DNA of 64,000 nucleotides, taken from the human T2T-CHM13v2.0 reference genome, Homo sapiens. Of the stretch, positions 25,096 to 39,340 are shown piece after piece (positions within the stretch are counted from its first letter, which is position 1; each line of letters begins with the position of its first letter). The stretch is from the NCBI RefSeq assembly GCF_009914755.1, contig NC_060945.1; one strand, written 5' to 3'. Under the pieces are notes generated by a model. The model worked only from the letters and a program-made list of their open reading frames with translations, searched no databases and was not told the origin of the DNA. The position numbers and the translations under genes were made by a program.

Positions 25096-26184
25096 CACAC
25101 ATCTTGTCTTCTCCTTTTGCTTTGCCACCATCTAGGACTCTTAACTTCTCATTTTTCTTCTAGTGTAAAGTTGTAACTCTACACTGTACTGGTATCATGT
25201 GATTGTATTTTTTAAATGACAATAATAAGAAAGTAATGCCATGGTTGTCTCTTAATTGTTTGCACTGGTTTCCATCTGTCATCCTTTCTTTCGAAGTAAT
25301 CTTTCTGAAATAACTTATGATTCCATTCCAACTTCCCTCCAACATTCACCCTCAGATACTTTCAATGATTTCTTGTTTCTTAAAAGATAAAATTTAGTCT
25401 CATCAATTTGGCCTACAAAATGTTTTAATTAACTGGCCTTGGCTATGTGTTTAAAATTTTTGTTACTACTCATTATAAATTTACTAAAAAACATTCAATT
25501 TGGCTCAACCATTTCCATTCATGCTTCCTTGAATGTGGTGAATTTTGCATTATAATTGCTTTGCTCACATGTTTTTCTCTGATAGGAGAGGGGAGTGAAG
25601 AGGAGGTACAGGGAAAGGGAAAGGGGAAGGGAGGAATGGAGGAAAGAGAGAAAGGCGGTTAACATGTGTGAGCACTTTCTATTTATCAAGCACTCGGAAG
25701 TGAGTTAAAGAATGAGTATTTGAGCAATTTTTTCCCTATAAAAAGCTGGACATTTTCATAGGGAAAAAATTATAATCTAGATGTTTCTAAGATATCAGTG
25801 GATGCTAACATATTTAAGAAACTAACTCAGTGGAGAAAACCGTTTTCTCAGAACCTTTTTCAAAAGGTGTACAGTGCACAGATAATTTTATGAGCGCTTG
25901 ATAAGTATGAAAGCTAAAGTATGTCATCTGTAACCTTGCTTTTTCTCTCCTACACAGCCTTCACCCTACTCTCTAATTAACTATCAGGCCAATGTTTAAA
26001 GAACAATAATTCTCAGAGACACCAAAATATTAGATAGCAAAGCAGGCCAATGGATTTTAATTGTTCCCTTGTTATTATATGAAATGCTTTAAAATACATT
26101 ATTTTATGTAATACTTACGAAACCCTTAGAGTTAGTATTCCATTGTTGCATATGGGCATAGCTAAGCTGGTCTATAATTAGTGA

Positions 26185-26237
26185 TACTGTACTGTATACT
26201 TACAAGTTGTTAAAGTGGTAGATATCAAATGGTCTCA

Positions 26238-26280
<43 letters not shown>

Positions 26281-26980
26281 TGGTAACTCCATGAGGTGAA
26301 GGAAATGTTAACTAGCTTGATCATTGTATTAGTCAGGGGTCTCTGAAGGGACAGGACTAATAGGATAGGTTTATATATGAAAGGGAGTTTATTAGAGTAT
26401 TGAGTCTCACAATCACAAGCTGAAGTCCCACAATAGGCCATCTGGAAGCTGAGGAGCAAGGAAGCAAGTCCAAGTCCCAAAACCTGAAAAGTAGGAAAAC
26501 TGAAAGTGCAGCCTTCAGTCTGTGGCTGAAAGACCCAGAGCTTCTGGCAAATCACTGGTGTTAGTGCAGGAGGGCAAAGCCTAAAGAACTTGAAAGTCTG
26601 ATGTTCGAGGTCAGGAACCATTTGGCATGGGAGAAAGATGAAGGCTGGAAGGCTCATCCAGTCTAGTCGTTCTGCGTTCTTCTGCCTGCTTTAATCTAGC
26701 CATGGTGGCAGCTGATTAGATGGTACCCACCCACATTAGGGCTGGGTCTGCCTCTTCCAGTCCACTGACTCAAATGTTAATCTCTTTTGGCAACACCCTC
26801 ACAGACACACCCAGCAACAATAGTTTGCATCCTTCAATCCAACCAAGTTGACACTCAATATTAAGCATCACAATCGTGGTATCATTTTATAATATATACG
26901 AATATCAAAACACATTGTATACCTCAAATATATATATATAGTCAGTTATACCTCAAAAAAGCTGGAGAAATAGAATAAAA
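26185..26980 (+). mobile_element. L1MA/MB 3'UTR fragment with internal (CA)n, interrupted by MLT2A
   Basis: gtagatatcaaatggtctcacca(ca)n aaatggtaact...gttaactagcttgat | gtggtatcatttt...ttatacctcaaaaaagctgg. Confidence 0.8.
26325..26872 (-). mobile_element. MLT2A ERVL solo LTR
   Basis: tgtattagtcaggg...caagttgacactcaatattaagcatcaca; 5-bp TSD atcat/atcgt. Confidence 0.92.
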
Positions 26981-28076
26981 ATGATGAAGGCATGTTTTCA
27001 GGATCACTAAGTTCAGAGTTGCAAGACAACTTTTCCCTTCTTATACTTGATGCTTCTGAAGAGTTATTCAAGACTTACTGACTATTATTTGTGAACTTAG
27101 TGCAACCCGTACATGTAACATATTCTTGCTTATCTTGTTACAAGTCTTATTGTTTTTCAATAAAGCTATTATTTCTGGATTTAGTCAGGATTTCTCCTTC
27201 ATGACTCATCTACCTTCTTTCCTTCTGGACAATTTCATATAATAAAAAATCAGATATTTTCATTGTGCAATAAGGTACATTTTGCTTTATACATAAATGG
27301 AATATTATATTTATACCTCATTAAATGGTAGACCATTGTTGTATTTTAATAAATGGAGATTGGTAAGAAAATTATCCAGAACTACCAAATTATAAGAGTT
27401 TATGCACCTGAGAAAACTCAGGCAAATGTCTAAAGTTAGCTTCTATAAAACAGCACTGGAGTTGTTTGAAACTTAGTAAATATCATTCAGAATTCTGAAA
27501 TGAAAGAAATAATTGGCAATTTCTGTCAAGTACACAAGTTTCTCCCTTGAATGAAATTATCTGTTTACAGAACCACTCTAATCAGGAAGAGGCCATTCTG
27601 GGTTACAAGACAGATGCAGTAAAGAAATAAATGCCCCCTTGGTGAAATGAAGAAGTTATGGCATTTCTTCATTACTAGACCAGAACAACAAAGCCAAAGG
27701 CAGTAAGAGAATAAAATTGATTACAGACTGTATTCCCCGTGTGGAATAAGGGATTGGATAGCTGTTCATTTTATTTTGCCACTATAACTAAAACTCTTCT
27801 AACTTATATTTTCACTTATATTTCAGTCCTAAGATTTTTTTTTTCCTTTCAATATTGTAGGCCTTTCTAGATACATCTGCAGGAAAAAAAAATTGACCTT
27901 GAAACTAAATCATTGTCCTAGGATTTGGACATTGGTGGAAAAATGGTGGAGTCTTGGATGTGTAAGTGAAGTCTTCTGGGAATGTTATAAAGAAAGGTAG
28001 AGCTAGCCAAGTTTCTCTTAGTTCAATAATAATGCAGAAATCAAGAATCTGTGGATGTCTTCTAATATCTATTCTT

Positions 28077-28372
28077 TGACTCAGTTTTTCTTTAGACTGA
28101 GTCTCGCTCTGTTGCCCAGGCTGGAGTGCAGTGGCACAATCTTGGCTCACTGCAGCGTCCCCCTCCTGGGTTCAAGCGGTTCTCCTGCCTCAGTCTTCTG
28201 AGTAGCTGAAATTACAGGCGCACGCCACCACGCCCAGCTAATTTTTGTATTTTTAGTAGAGACGGGGTTTCACCATGTTGGCCAGGCTGGTCTTGAACTC
28301 CTGACCTAGTGATCCGCCCGCCTCGGCCTCCCAAAGTGCTGGGATTACAGGCGTGAGCCACGGTTCCCGGCC
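28077..28372 (-). mobile_element. AluS (Sg-like), full length
   Basis: Complete dimer; perfect 15-bp TSD ctaatatctattctt (28062-28076 / 28373-28387). Confidence 0.95.
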
Positions 28373-28975
28373 CTAATATCTATTCTTAAAGAGTTCTTTG
28401 AACGAAACTGATTTAAGAGATTGCCAGTACAAGGTATCCCCTAGGAGATGGTAGAGGACTTTGTATCACACTATGCGGAGAAAAGGTATTGTCCTTTGTG
28501 TCAACAGAGAATACAGCAAATATACCCGTACATTAGATTACTAAAAACAGCGCTGGGATGTTTGCAGTCCCACTGCTTCCTCATGGCTTCAGAGAACATC
28601 AGTGGGAGATGGGGCCAATGACTGCAGCCATGGACAGGACACTTGGAAACAGAGGGAAAAAGCAAGAATATGAGGATTCCAAAGAGATACTTAATGCCTT
28701 TCCCGCTCAAGTTTTCCACAAATAACTTTGAGAATTCCGGCGTAATCTCTTTTCATAAATAAAGATGTAACTTTTAAAGGGGTACTTGGAATAGATGGAT
28801 TCAGAGCCCAATTTTATTATCTATATTGTCATTTCATATCTGTATCTATGGATCTCTGTATTTGTATATATCTATACTCCAATGAGAAAATGTGGAAATC
28901 ATCTAAACTCATCTGTTCATTTAACACCATAACATTTTAAACACAATTTTAAATGCTGTGAAATAATCTCATTTA

Positions 28976-30500
<1,525 letters not shown>

Positions 30501-31649
30501 GTTTAGTTTCTTACTATTAGACTTCATTCAAATATTTATGAAAATGTCGCATATGTTTTAAAATGTAGCATTACATATATTTACATTTAATTTATATTTA
30601 GCTCCTAGCACATATCCAGAAACATATTAGTAGTTAAATGGCTACCTGTGAATATATGACCAAGACCTTGGGAATGTAATAGAAGTGGATTTAGGTTGTA
30701 AAAATTGTGTAGGTTTTATAGGTGAAACTGCAGGAATACCATTTCATGAATAAGGCAACTTTAGCATGCATTCTACTGCATTACTTTGAAACTGCTGACA
30801 TTAAATCAATATTTAAAAGTTAGTAGTGTTTGACAGTTATTTAGAAAAAAAGTTTTAATTATTTTGCTATATAACCAAACATCCAGATGAATATCCCAAA
30901 AAAGCTAAAAAAATTGCTGTTGTCAAAAAGTAATCAAAACATATCAAATAAATTAATTCCTTAGTTTCAGAATGGAAATTAACATGAAAACTACCTTGTA
31001 AAGGTGATAAAATCTGTTTTCTGACAACATATTCAAGCACATGTTCGATGTGTTACTTACCAGTCAGGGCTAAAAATAACAGAAGCTGGAGAAAATAAAT
31101 CCAAAAACATGTCTATCAAATAGAAGCTTTCATATCAAGATTGGATCAGCAAGCATTCATTTCTTTAAGAAATTAGTTGCACTAACCCATTCTTCACACC
31201 TGAGTCATTTATTAAATAACTCTATAACTAAAACACCTTGGCATCCACAATTTATTATTTTACTATTTTAAACAATATTTTATTTTTTATAAACAATATA
31301 TTTTGGTGTATACTTTTCTTAGATAGGTATTTATTTTTAAATTCTATGCATGATATCTAGAAAATTGTTAACTCTCATTTTTTTAATTTTTACATTTAAC
31401 ACCATTTACAAAGACTTTTCATGTAAGAAGATTTAACTTAAGCCATGGTTTTTGTTTTATTTTAAAATAATTGACCTTCATGTACACTACTGTTGATTAT
31501 ATTCTAGTTAATATCAGGAAACACTGACAAGTTAAAGATACCTGCATGATGTTTACCTGATGCATGGTTTGAAATACAAAACAAATGTTCCCTAGAATGC
31601 TGAAAAGGAGACTAGAATATTCTGCAGATTACAACTTGAAGAATTAATA

Positions 31650-31950
31650 GGCCGGGCGCAGTGGCTCACGCCTGTAATCCCAGCACTTTGGGAGGCCGAG
31701 GCGGGCAGATCACGAGGTCAAAAGATCGAGACCATCCTGGCCAACACGGTGAAACTCCGTCTCTACTAAAAATACAAAAAATTAGCTGGGCGTGGTGGTG
31801 GGCACCTGTAGTCCCAGCTACTCAGGAGGCTGAGGCAGGAGAATGGCGTGAAACTGGGAGGCGGAGCGTGCAGTGAGCCGAGATAGCACCACTGCAGTCT
31901 GGCCTGGGGTGAAAGAGCCAGACTCCATCTCAAAAAAAAAAAAAAAAAAA
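31650..31950 (+). mobile_element. AluY-family, full length
   Basis: ggccgggcgcagtggctcacgcc...gagaatggcgtgaa, A19 tail, short TSD aagaatta. Confidence 0.95.
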
Positions 31951-33454
31951 GAATTATAATTAAAAATTAGAGATGGTAGAGCAACAGAGCTAGATAGTTA
32001 AACCAGAAATGAATTTAAGCCAATTAGATGTTGTGATGCACACAATTGTTACAATGCCAGAAGAAACAGCCTCCAAAATAAGCTTTCAGAATTCCCAGAA
32101 CACAAAACTCACAGACCCAGTCTGCCATGAAATCTTCTGCATCTGCCATGGCCAGGAAAAGCTGCAATCACAACTGTGGCCTCACAGACCACCTTAGTAT
32201 TCACATCAGCAAAACAGATGCAGAAACCCTAGCACTTAACACCTTTGAAGATAAAATCTAGCCTTGAAGGTAAAATTTAATGAGACCTAAGTTAAAGCTC
32301 ACGCTGACAAACACAAATGTCACCAGCATCATTGATTTCAAGAGAAAAAGCAGAAGCAGCCTGCATCAACTATGCTCATTTTCCCCTTTCAATTCTCAGG
32401 CATAAATATATGCTTAGCAGAAGTTATGTCACAGGAAAGTTTTGAGAGACTCTGGAAAATATATCTAGCTTTCTAAATGAAATTGCACTAGAGCATACTA
32501 AAGGAGCTTTGGAGACAGTGGGGTAACATGATCTTTATTCCCACAGTACTTTGCAACCATTGGCCAATTGGAGTCCCCCCTCCCCACACACAATTTTCTT
32601 CTAAATTTTCAACTATAAATGAACGGTAGCCATATTCTCCAACCTAAGATAATATGACCATACTTAATATGATAAGACTGCTTACTTCCTTCTCTAAATA
32701 ATCATTAGTCATTGAAACCAGTTTGACAAGTGTTTATTTCTCCTCTATCTCAGTCTAACTATCTTGTAATCAAAGAATGGAATATTAAGTTACATATTGT
32801 ACTACCAACATGCCTCTTATAAAATTACAGAGGAAAAAATTTACACACACATACACACACACAGAGAGAGACAACATGTTATTAAAAGAGTATGGGTTAA
32901 TTCTATAGCTTTCATTTATTGACCTTGTCATGAAACTAACTGTATTTGGTATATGTAATTTTTTAATTGTTCATTGTATGTTTTCTTGTCCTTCACCAAT
33001 CCCTTAGCTTGTCATGGTGCTTTTACTGATGATGTAACCTGAAAAATTTTCAAAGAATTAGAATCCTTTCAGGTCTTCCCTGCATGAGGTTCATATAATC
33101 AGCTACTATATTTTATCCCTGGACATACTTACACTGTACTAGGAAGCTCCTAATGAATTTCCTGTGTTTCAGATATATTTCTATACCAACATTGTATAAT
33201 ACCAACCATATTTTTCATTGGAAATCAGGGGATCCTACAAATGTGTCTTTACCAGTAAATTGCCTTTGCCATTACCCAAAGATGGCTACATGTCTCTCAA
33301 AACTATTGACTCATAACTGTAGCCATAGCAGCTGAGGAACAATCCATATCCATAAAATATATGCATGATGTTATGCTTTTTGGTACTCACAAAACTAGGG
33401 ACTAGACATTAAATCTCTTTCACATCTGTCACAGTTAAATAAAACCACATAAAG

Positions 33455-33745
33455 AAGTAGTGGAAGTGGGGAAGGGAGAAGGAAGAGACTTTGGTCAAAG
33501 GATACCCAATTTCAGTTAGATAAAAGGATATAAGTTCAAGAGTTCTCTTATATAACATAGTATGTGTAGTTAATAGCAAACACCATATTCTTACAAATTG
33601 CTAAGAAAATAGATTTTAAGTGCTCTCACTACAAAAAAATCGTAAGTATGTCAGGTTATGTATGTTAATTAGCTCAATTCACCAATTTTGCAGTATATCT
33701 ATATATATATATAAAACAACATGTTTTCAATTTTTTTATTTGTTG
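33455..33745 (+). mobile_element. L1MA8/9-like 3'UTR fragment
   Basis: ttggtcaaaggatacccaatttcagttagata...taagttcaagag...ttgctaagaaaatagattttaagtgctctcac. Confidence 0.75.
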
Positions 33746-33749
33746 AACT

Positions 33750-36700
33750 TATAGAAAACAACAGCAGCCCAATGGAAGACCAGTCTGACTGTTAAAAGAA
33801 AAACAAACAAATAGAAAACAGCAACAACAACAAAAAGGACCCCACAAAAACCCCATTCAGAGGTCAGCAACCTCAAAGAATGAAGGCAGATAAGCCCACA
33901 AAGATGAGAAAGGATCAATGCAACAATGCAGAAAACTCATAAGGCAATGATGCAGAAAACTCAAAAAGCAGCAATGTAGAAAACTCGAAGAGCTCCCCCA
34001 AATGACTGCAACACCTCTCCAGCAAGGGCATAAAACCAAGCTGAGGCTGAAATGGCTGAATTGACAAAAGTAGGCTCCATAATATGAGTAATAATGAACT
34101 TTGCTGAGCTAAAGGAACATGTTGTAACCCAATGAAAAGAAGCTAAAAATCATGATAAACAATAGGGGAACTGATAGCCAAAATAGCCAGTTTAGAGAGA
34201 AACCCAGCTGAGCTATTAGAGCTGAAAAAACACAACAAAAGAACTTCACAATGCAATCACAAGTATCAATAGCAGAATAAACCAAGTGGAAGAAAGAAAC
34301 TGAGTTTGAAGACTATCTTTCTGAAATAAGACTGGCAGACAAAAATAGAGAAAAAAGAATGAAAAGGAATGAACAAAACTTCCAAGAAATATGGGACTAT
34401 GTAAAGAGACCAAACCTACGACTGATTGGGGTACCTGAAAGAGATGGGGAGAATGGAACCAATTGGAAAATATACTTCAGGATACCATCCAGGAGAACTT
34501 CCCCAACCTAGCAAGACTGGCCAACATTCAAATTCAGAAACTGCTGAGAACCCCCAGTAAGATACTCCACAAAAACATCAACCCCAAGACACACAATTAT
34601 TAGATTCTCCAAAGTCAAAATGACAGAAAAAACAAAAACAAAAAAAACATTAAGGGCAGCCAGAGAGAAAGACCAGGTCACCTACAAAGGGAAGCCCATC
34701 AGACTCACAGCAGACCTCTCAGCAGAAACCCTGCAAGCCAGAAAAGATTGGGGGCCAATATTCGACATTCTTAAAGAAAAGAATTTCCAATCCAGAATTT
34801 CATATCCAGCCAAACCGAGCTTCATAAGCAAGAGAGAAATAATATCCTTTTCAGACAAGCAAATCCTGAGGGAATTCATCACCACCAGGCCTGCCTTGCA
34901 AGAGCTCTGAAGGAAGGACTAAATATGGAAAGGATAAACCATTACGAGCCACTAAAAAAGCACACTGAAGTACACAGATCAGTGAAACTATGAAGCATCC
35001 ATATAACCAGCTAGCATCATGATGACAGGATCAAATCACACAGATCAACATTACCCTTAAATGTAAGTGGGTAAATGCCCCAATTAAAAGACACAAATGG
35101 CAAGCTGGATAAAGAGTCAAGATCCATTGGTGTGCTGTCTTTAGGAGACCCATCTCACATGCAAAGACACACATAGGCTCAAAATGGAGGGATAGCGAAA
35201 ATTTACCAAGCAAATAGAAAACAGAAGAAAAGCAGGGTTTGCAATCCTAGTTTCTGACAATCAGACTTTAAAGACAAAGCCCACATGATTGTCTCAATAG
35301 ATGCAGAAAAAGCCTTGGAGAAAATTCAACATCCCTTCATGTTAAAAACTCTCAATAAACTAGGTATTAAAGATACATAACTTAAAATAATAAGAGCCAT
35401 ATATGACAAACCCACAGGCAATATCATACTGAATGGCAAAAGCTGGAAGCATTTCCCTTGAAAAGCAGCACAAGACAAGGATGACTTCTCCCACCACTCT
35501 TATTCAACATAGAATTGGAAATTCTGGATGGGGTAATCAGGCAAAAGAAAGAAATAAAGCGTATTCAGATAGAAAGAGAGGAAGTCAAATTATCTTTGTT
35601 TGCAGACAACATGATCCTATATCTAGAAAATTTCAAAGTCTCAGCCCTAAAGCTTCTTCAACTGATAAGCAGCTTTAGCAAAGTCTCAGGTTAGAAAATC
35701 AATGTGCAAAAAACAAATCATGAATGAACTCCCATTCACAATTGTTGCAAAAAGAATAAATACCTACAAATACAGCTAACAACAAAAGTGAAGGACCTCT
35801 TCAATGAGATCTACAAACCACTGCTTAAAGAAATCAGAGAAAATAGAAACAAATGAGAAACATTACATGCTCATGGATAGGAAGAATAAATATTGTGAAC
35901 ATGGCCATACAGTCCAAAGCAATTTATAGATTCAATGCTATTCTCATTAAGTTGCCATTGACATTCTTCACAGAATTAGAAAGAGTATTTTAAAATTCAT
36001 GTGGAATCAAAAAAGAGCCCACATAGCAAAGAAAATCCTAAGCAAAAAGAACAAAGCTAGAGGCATCATGCTGCCCAACTTCAAACAGTACTACAAGGCT
36101 GCAGTAACCAAAACAGCATGATACTGGTACAAAAACAGACATATAAACCAATGGAACACTATAGAGAATTCAGAAATAAGGCTGCACACCTAAAACCATC
36201 TGATCTTTGACAGACCTGGCCAAAACAAGCTATGGGGAATGGATTCCCTATTTAATAAATGATGTTGGGACAACTGGTTAGTCATATGCAGAAAATTGAA
36301 ATTGGACCCCTTCATAGCATAGACAAAAATTAACTCAAGATGGATTAAAGACTTAAATGTAATACCTAAAACTAGGAAAACCCTAGAAGAAAATCTGGGC
36401 AATACCATTCAGGACATAGGCATGGGCAAAAATTTCATTATGAAAATGTAAAAGCAATTGCAGCGAAAGCAAAAATAGATAAATGAGATCTAATGAAACT
36501 AAAGAACTTCTGCACAGCATAAGAAACTATCATCAGAGTGAATGACATCCTGCAGAGTGGGAGAAAATTTTTTGCAATCTATCCATCTGACAAAGATCTA
36601 ATATCCAGAGTCTACAAGGAACTTAAGCAAATTTAAAGAAAAAAAACTCATTAAAAAGTGGGCAAAGGACATGAACAGACACTTCTCAAAAGAAGACATA

Positions 36701-37497
36701 CATGTGGCTAATGAACATATATAAAAAGCTTAACATCACTGATCATTAGAGAAATGCAAATCAAAACCACAGTGAGGTACCATCTCACACCAGTCCGAAT
36801 GGTGAGTATTAAAAAGTCAAGAAACAACAGATGCAGGTGAGGCTGTGGAGAAATAGGAACACTTTTACACTGTTGGTGGGAATATAAATTAGTGCAACCG
36901 TTGTGTTAGACAGTGTGGCAATTCCTCCTAGACCTAGAACAGAAATATCATTTGATGCAGTAATGCCATAACTGGGTGTATACCCAAAGGAACATAAAGT
37001 GTAGTATTATATTATATTTATATTATAAAGATGCATGCACATGTATACTTATTGCAGCACTATTCACAATACAAAAGATACAGAATCAACCTAAGTGCCC
37101 AAAGTGCGGTATAAATACACCATGGAACATAATGCAGCCATTAAAAGGAATAAGATCATGTCCTTTGCGGGAACATGGATGGAGTTGTAGGCCATTATCT
37201 TCAGCAAACTAATGCAGGAACAGAAAACCAAACACCGCATGTTCTCACTTATAAGTGGGAGCTGAATGATGAGAATGCTTGGACACAGAGAGGAGAACAA
37301 CACACAGTGGGTCTCGTTGAAGGGGAGGCGTGGGGGAAGGAAGAGCATCAGGGAGAATAGCTAATGGACTCTGGGCTTAATACCTAGGCGATGGGATAAT
37401 TTGTGCAGCAAACCAACATGGCACACATTTACCTATGTAACAAATCTGCACATCCTGTACATGTATCCCTGAACTTAAAATAAAATTGAAGAAAAAA
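33750..37497 (+). mobile_element. L1PA15/16-like LINE-1, 5'-truncated with a large internal ORF2 deletion
   Basis: ORF1 ATG ~33904, ORF2 start atgacagga ~35022, RT and C-terminal remnants, 3'UTR gaagagcatcagggagaatagctaatgg...aacttaaaataaa; many stops and frameshifts. Confidence 0.92.
34620..34910 (+). pseudogene. Open remnant of L1 ORF1p C-terminal half (not a host gene)
   Basis: LRAAREKDQVTYKGKPIRLTADLSAETLQARKDWGPIF...RISYPAK...LREFITTRPALQEL matches L1 ORF1p. Confidence 0.9.
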
Positions 37498-37812
37498 GAG
37501 AAGCCTTGGAAGTAGAAGAATCATAGTCTCCAACTAAGCTTGTTTAATTAATGTCACTTTTCAAACCCCATGCATGTATGAATGTATGGTATAATATTAA
37601 AGAAACCAAGCAGTAATGAAGGCTAAGAAATGTCATTCCTAGCACTTCCTCCAGAAAATATGGAGTAGACACACCACAAAGGGTTGGAAAAAAACAAGGA
37701 ATGAGAATTAGGAGGACAAACAAAGTCTTCTATGGTGAATGAGTAAAGAAAAACAAAATTTCAAAAGTCGCTCAAATCATAAAGTTCTAAGAAGAAAAGA
37801 TGAAAACATGAG

Positions 37813-38260
37813 TGTAGCAGAGACTGCTAGTTTTAGCCCAATATCCATTCATTTTTGCCAGTGAAACTCTGTGAATTTTAGATGGACTTGTGACCACCTT
37901 TCGGGATACTGTATTTTTTGAATTGCCTCAAAGGACAATGTGACCATGTGACTGTATTTTGGTCAACAGTAGAGGGATAGAATATGTTATTGCAAAGAGG
38001 CTTTTCTTCACCTTCTCGCAGGCTGGAACATGAACACAGAGAGGTGATCCAGATTTGATCACCTGAATGAAGACAACAGCAAGGAAATGGTAGGATAATA
38101 AATAAGGAGAAATCTAGCTTTATGGACAACTTCATAAAGCTGACCCTGGAACATTGACTACCTCTGAACTTACATGAGGGAGAGAAATGTTTATCTTTTA
38201 TAAACCTATTACTTTTTTGATTTCTACATTAAAGAAACTTAGTCTATCCTAAGTAAAGCA
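37813..38260 (+). mobile_element. Old MLT1 (I/J-like) LTR
   Basis: tgtagcagagactgctag...atgtgaccatgtgactg...tacctctgaacttacatgagggagagaaat...ctatcctaa. Confidence 0.6.
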
Positions 38261-38771
38261 AGAAATATTCTGTAAATCACTTTGGAGAAGAATTTCCAAA
38301 AGGAAAGGTAATCTACAATGTCAAATTCTACAAAATGTATATTAAGATAATAATCACAATATATCCATTGCACATGGCAATCAACAAATAATAACTAATA
38401 ATGTTATAAAATGAAGCCGAAATTGACTGATGTATGAAAAATTCACATGAGCAGCAATTGACGAGTGCACAGGAAGTGTGAATTCCAGATTCTCTGGGCT
38501 GATCTGTCCATTCTTGTAGGTCATTTCTAGGCATAGGAGAACTCGGTTGTGACAGGGGTCTGTTTTTTAAAAAATGGCTCAAATTACTTTTAGTTATAAT
38601 TTTATTGTCTGTTATATTAATAGCAAGATATATACTCTACATATACAACCTGTTTCTTTATTTACATAAGCTTCTTTTTAAAAATAGAAGAATAAGAGGT
38701 TATCTTCACTTTCATCACCTTGACTAGAACCATCCAAGCAGGTAATCGTACTTTCATATAAAACAGTTTTG

Positions 38772-39060
38772 GGCCATGCCCAGTGGCTCACACGTGTAAT
38801 CTCAGCACTATGGGGGGCTGAGAGGCAGGTGGATCACTTGAGCCCAAGAGTTCTAAACCAGCCTGGGCAACATAGTCTCTACAAAAAATACAAAAATTAA
38901 CTGGGTGTGGTGGCACATGCCTGTAGTCCCAGCTACTTGGAAGTCCAAAGTAGGAGGATGCTTGAGCCCAGGAGCTCAAGGTTGCTGTGAGCTGTGATCA
39001 CACCACTGCACTCCAGCCTGGGTGACAGAGGGAGACCCTGACTAAAAAATAATAATAATA
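38772..39060 (+). mobile_element. AluJ (Jo-like) with (AAT)n tail
   Basis: ggatcacttgagcccaagagtt; ggaggatgcttgagcccagg; TSD-like aacagttttg / aacagctttg. Confidence 0.92.
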
Positions 39061-39084
39061 ACAGCTTTGAACTCTAATAATAAT

Positions 39085-39340
39085 AACAGCTTTGAATTCC
39101 AATAGATGTGGCATTTAATCCTCTGTCACTTAATAGTGCTATGAAACTGGTGAAAATACTTCTGTGTCTACATGTGTAAAGTGCCAATAGCAATAGTGAA
39201 ATCATATCATTGTAATAAATTCAATAATTAATAATAAAATTGAATAATTTATTAAGTTATTCACACATGAATAATAATACATACACCTGGAAATATGTAA
39301 GCAATTAGCAAAGTACTTGGTCTTTGATAAGTTTTTAAAT
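39085..39340 (+). mobile_element. MIR fragment
   Basis: aatcctctgtcacttaatag...ctgtgtctacatgtgtaaa...atatgtaagcaattagcaaagtacttgg. Confidence 0.5.
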
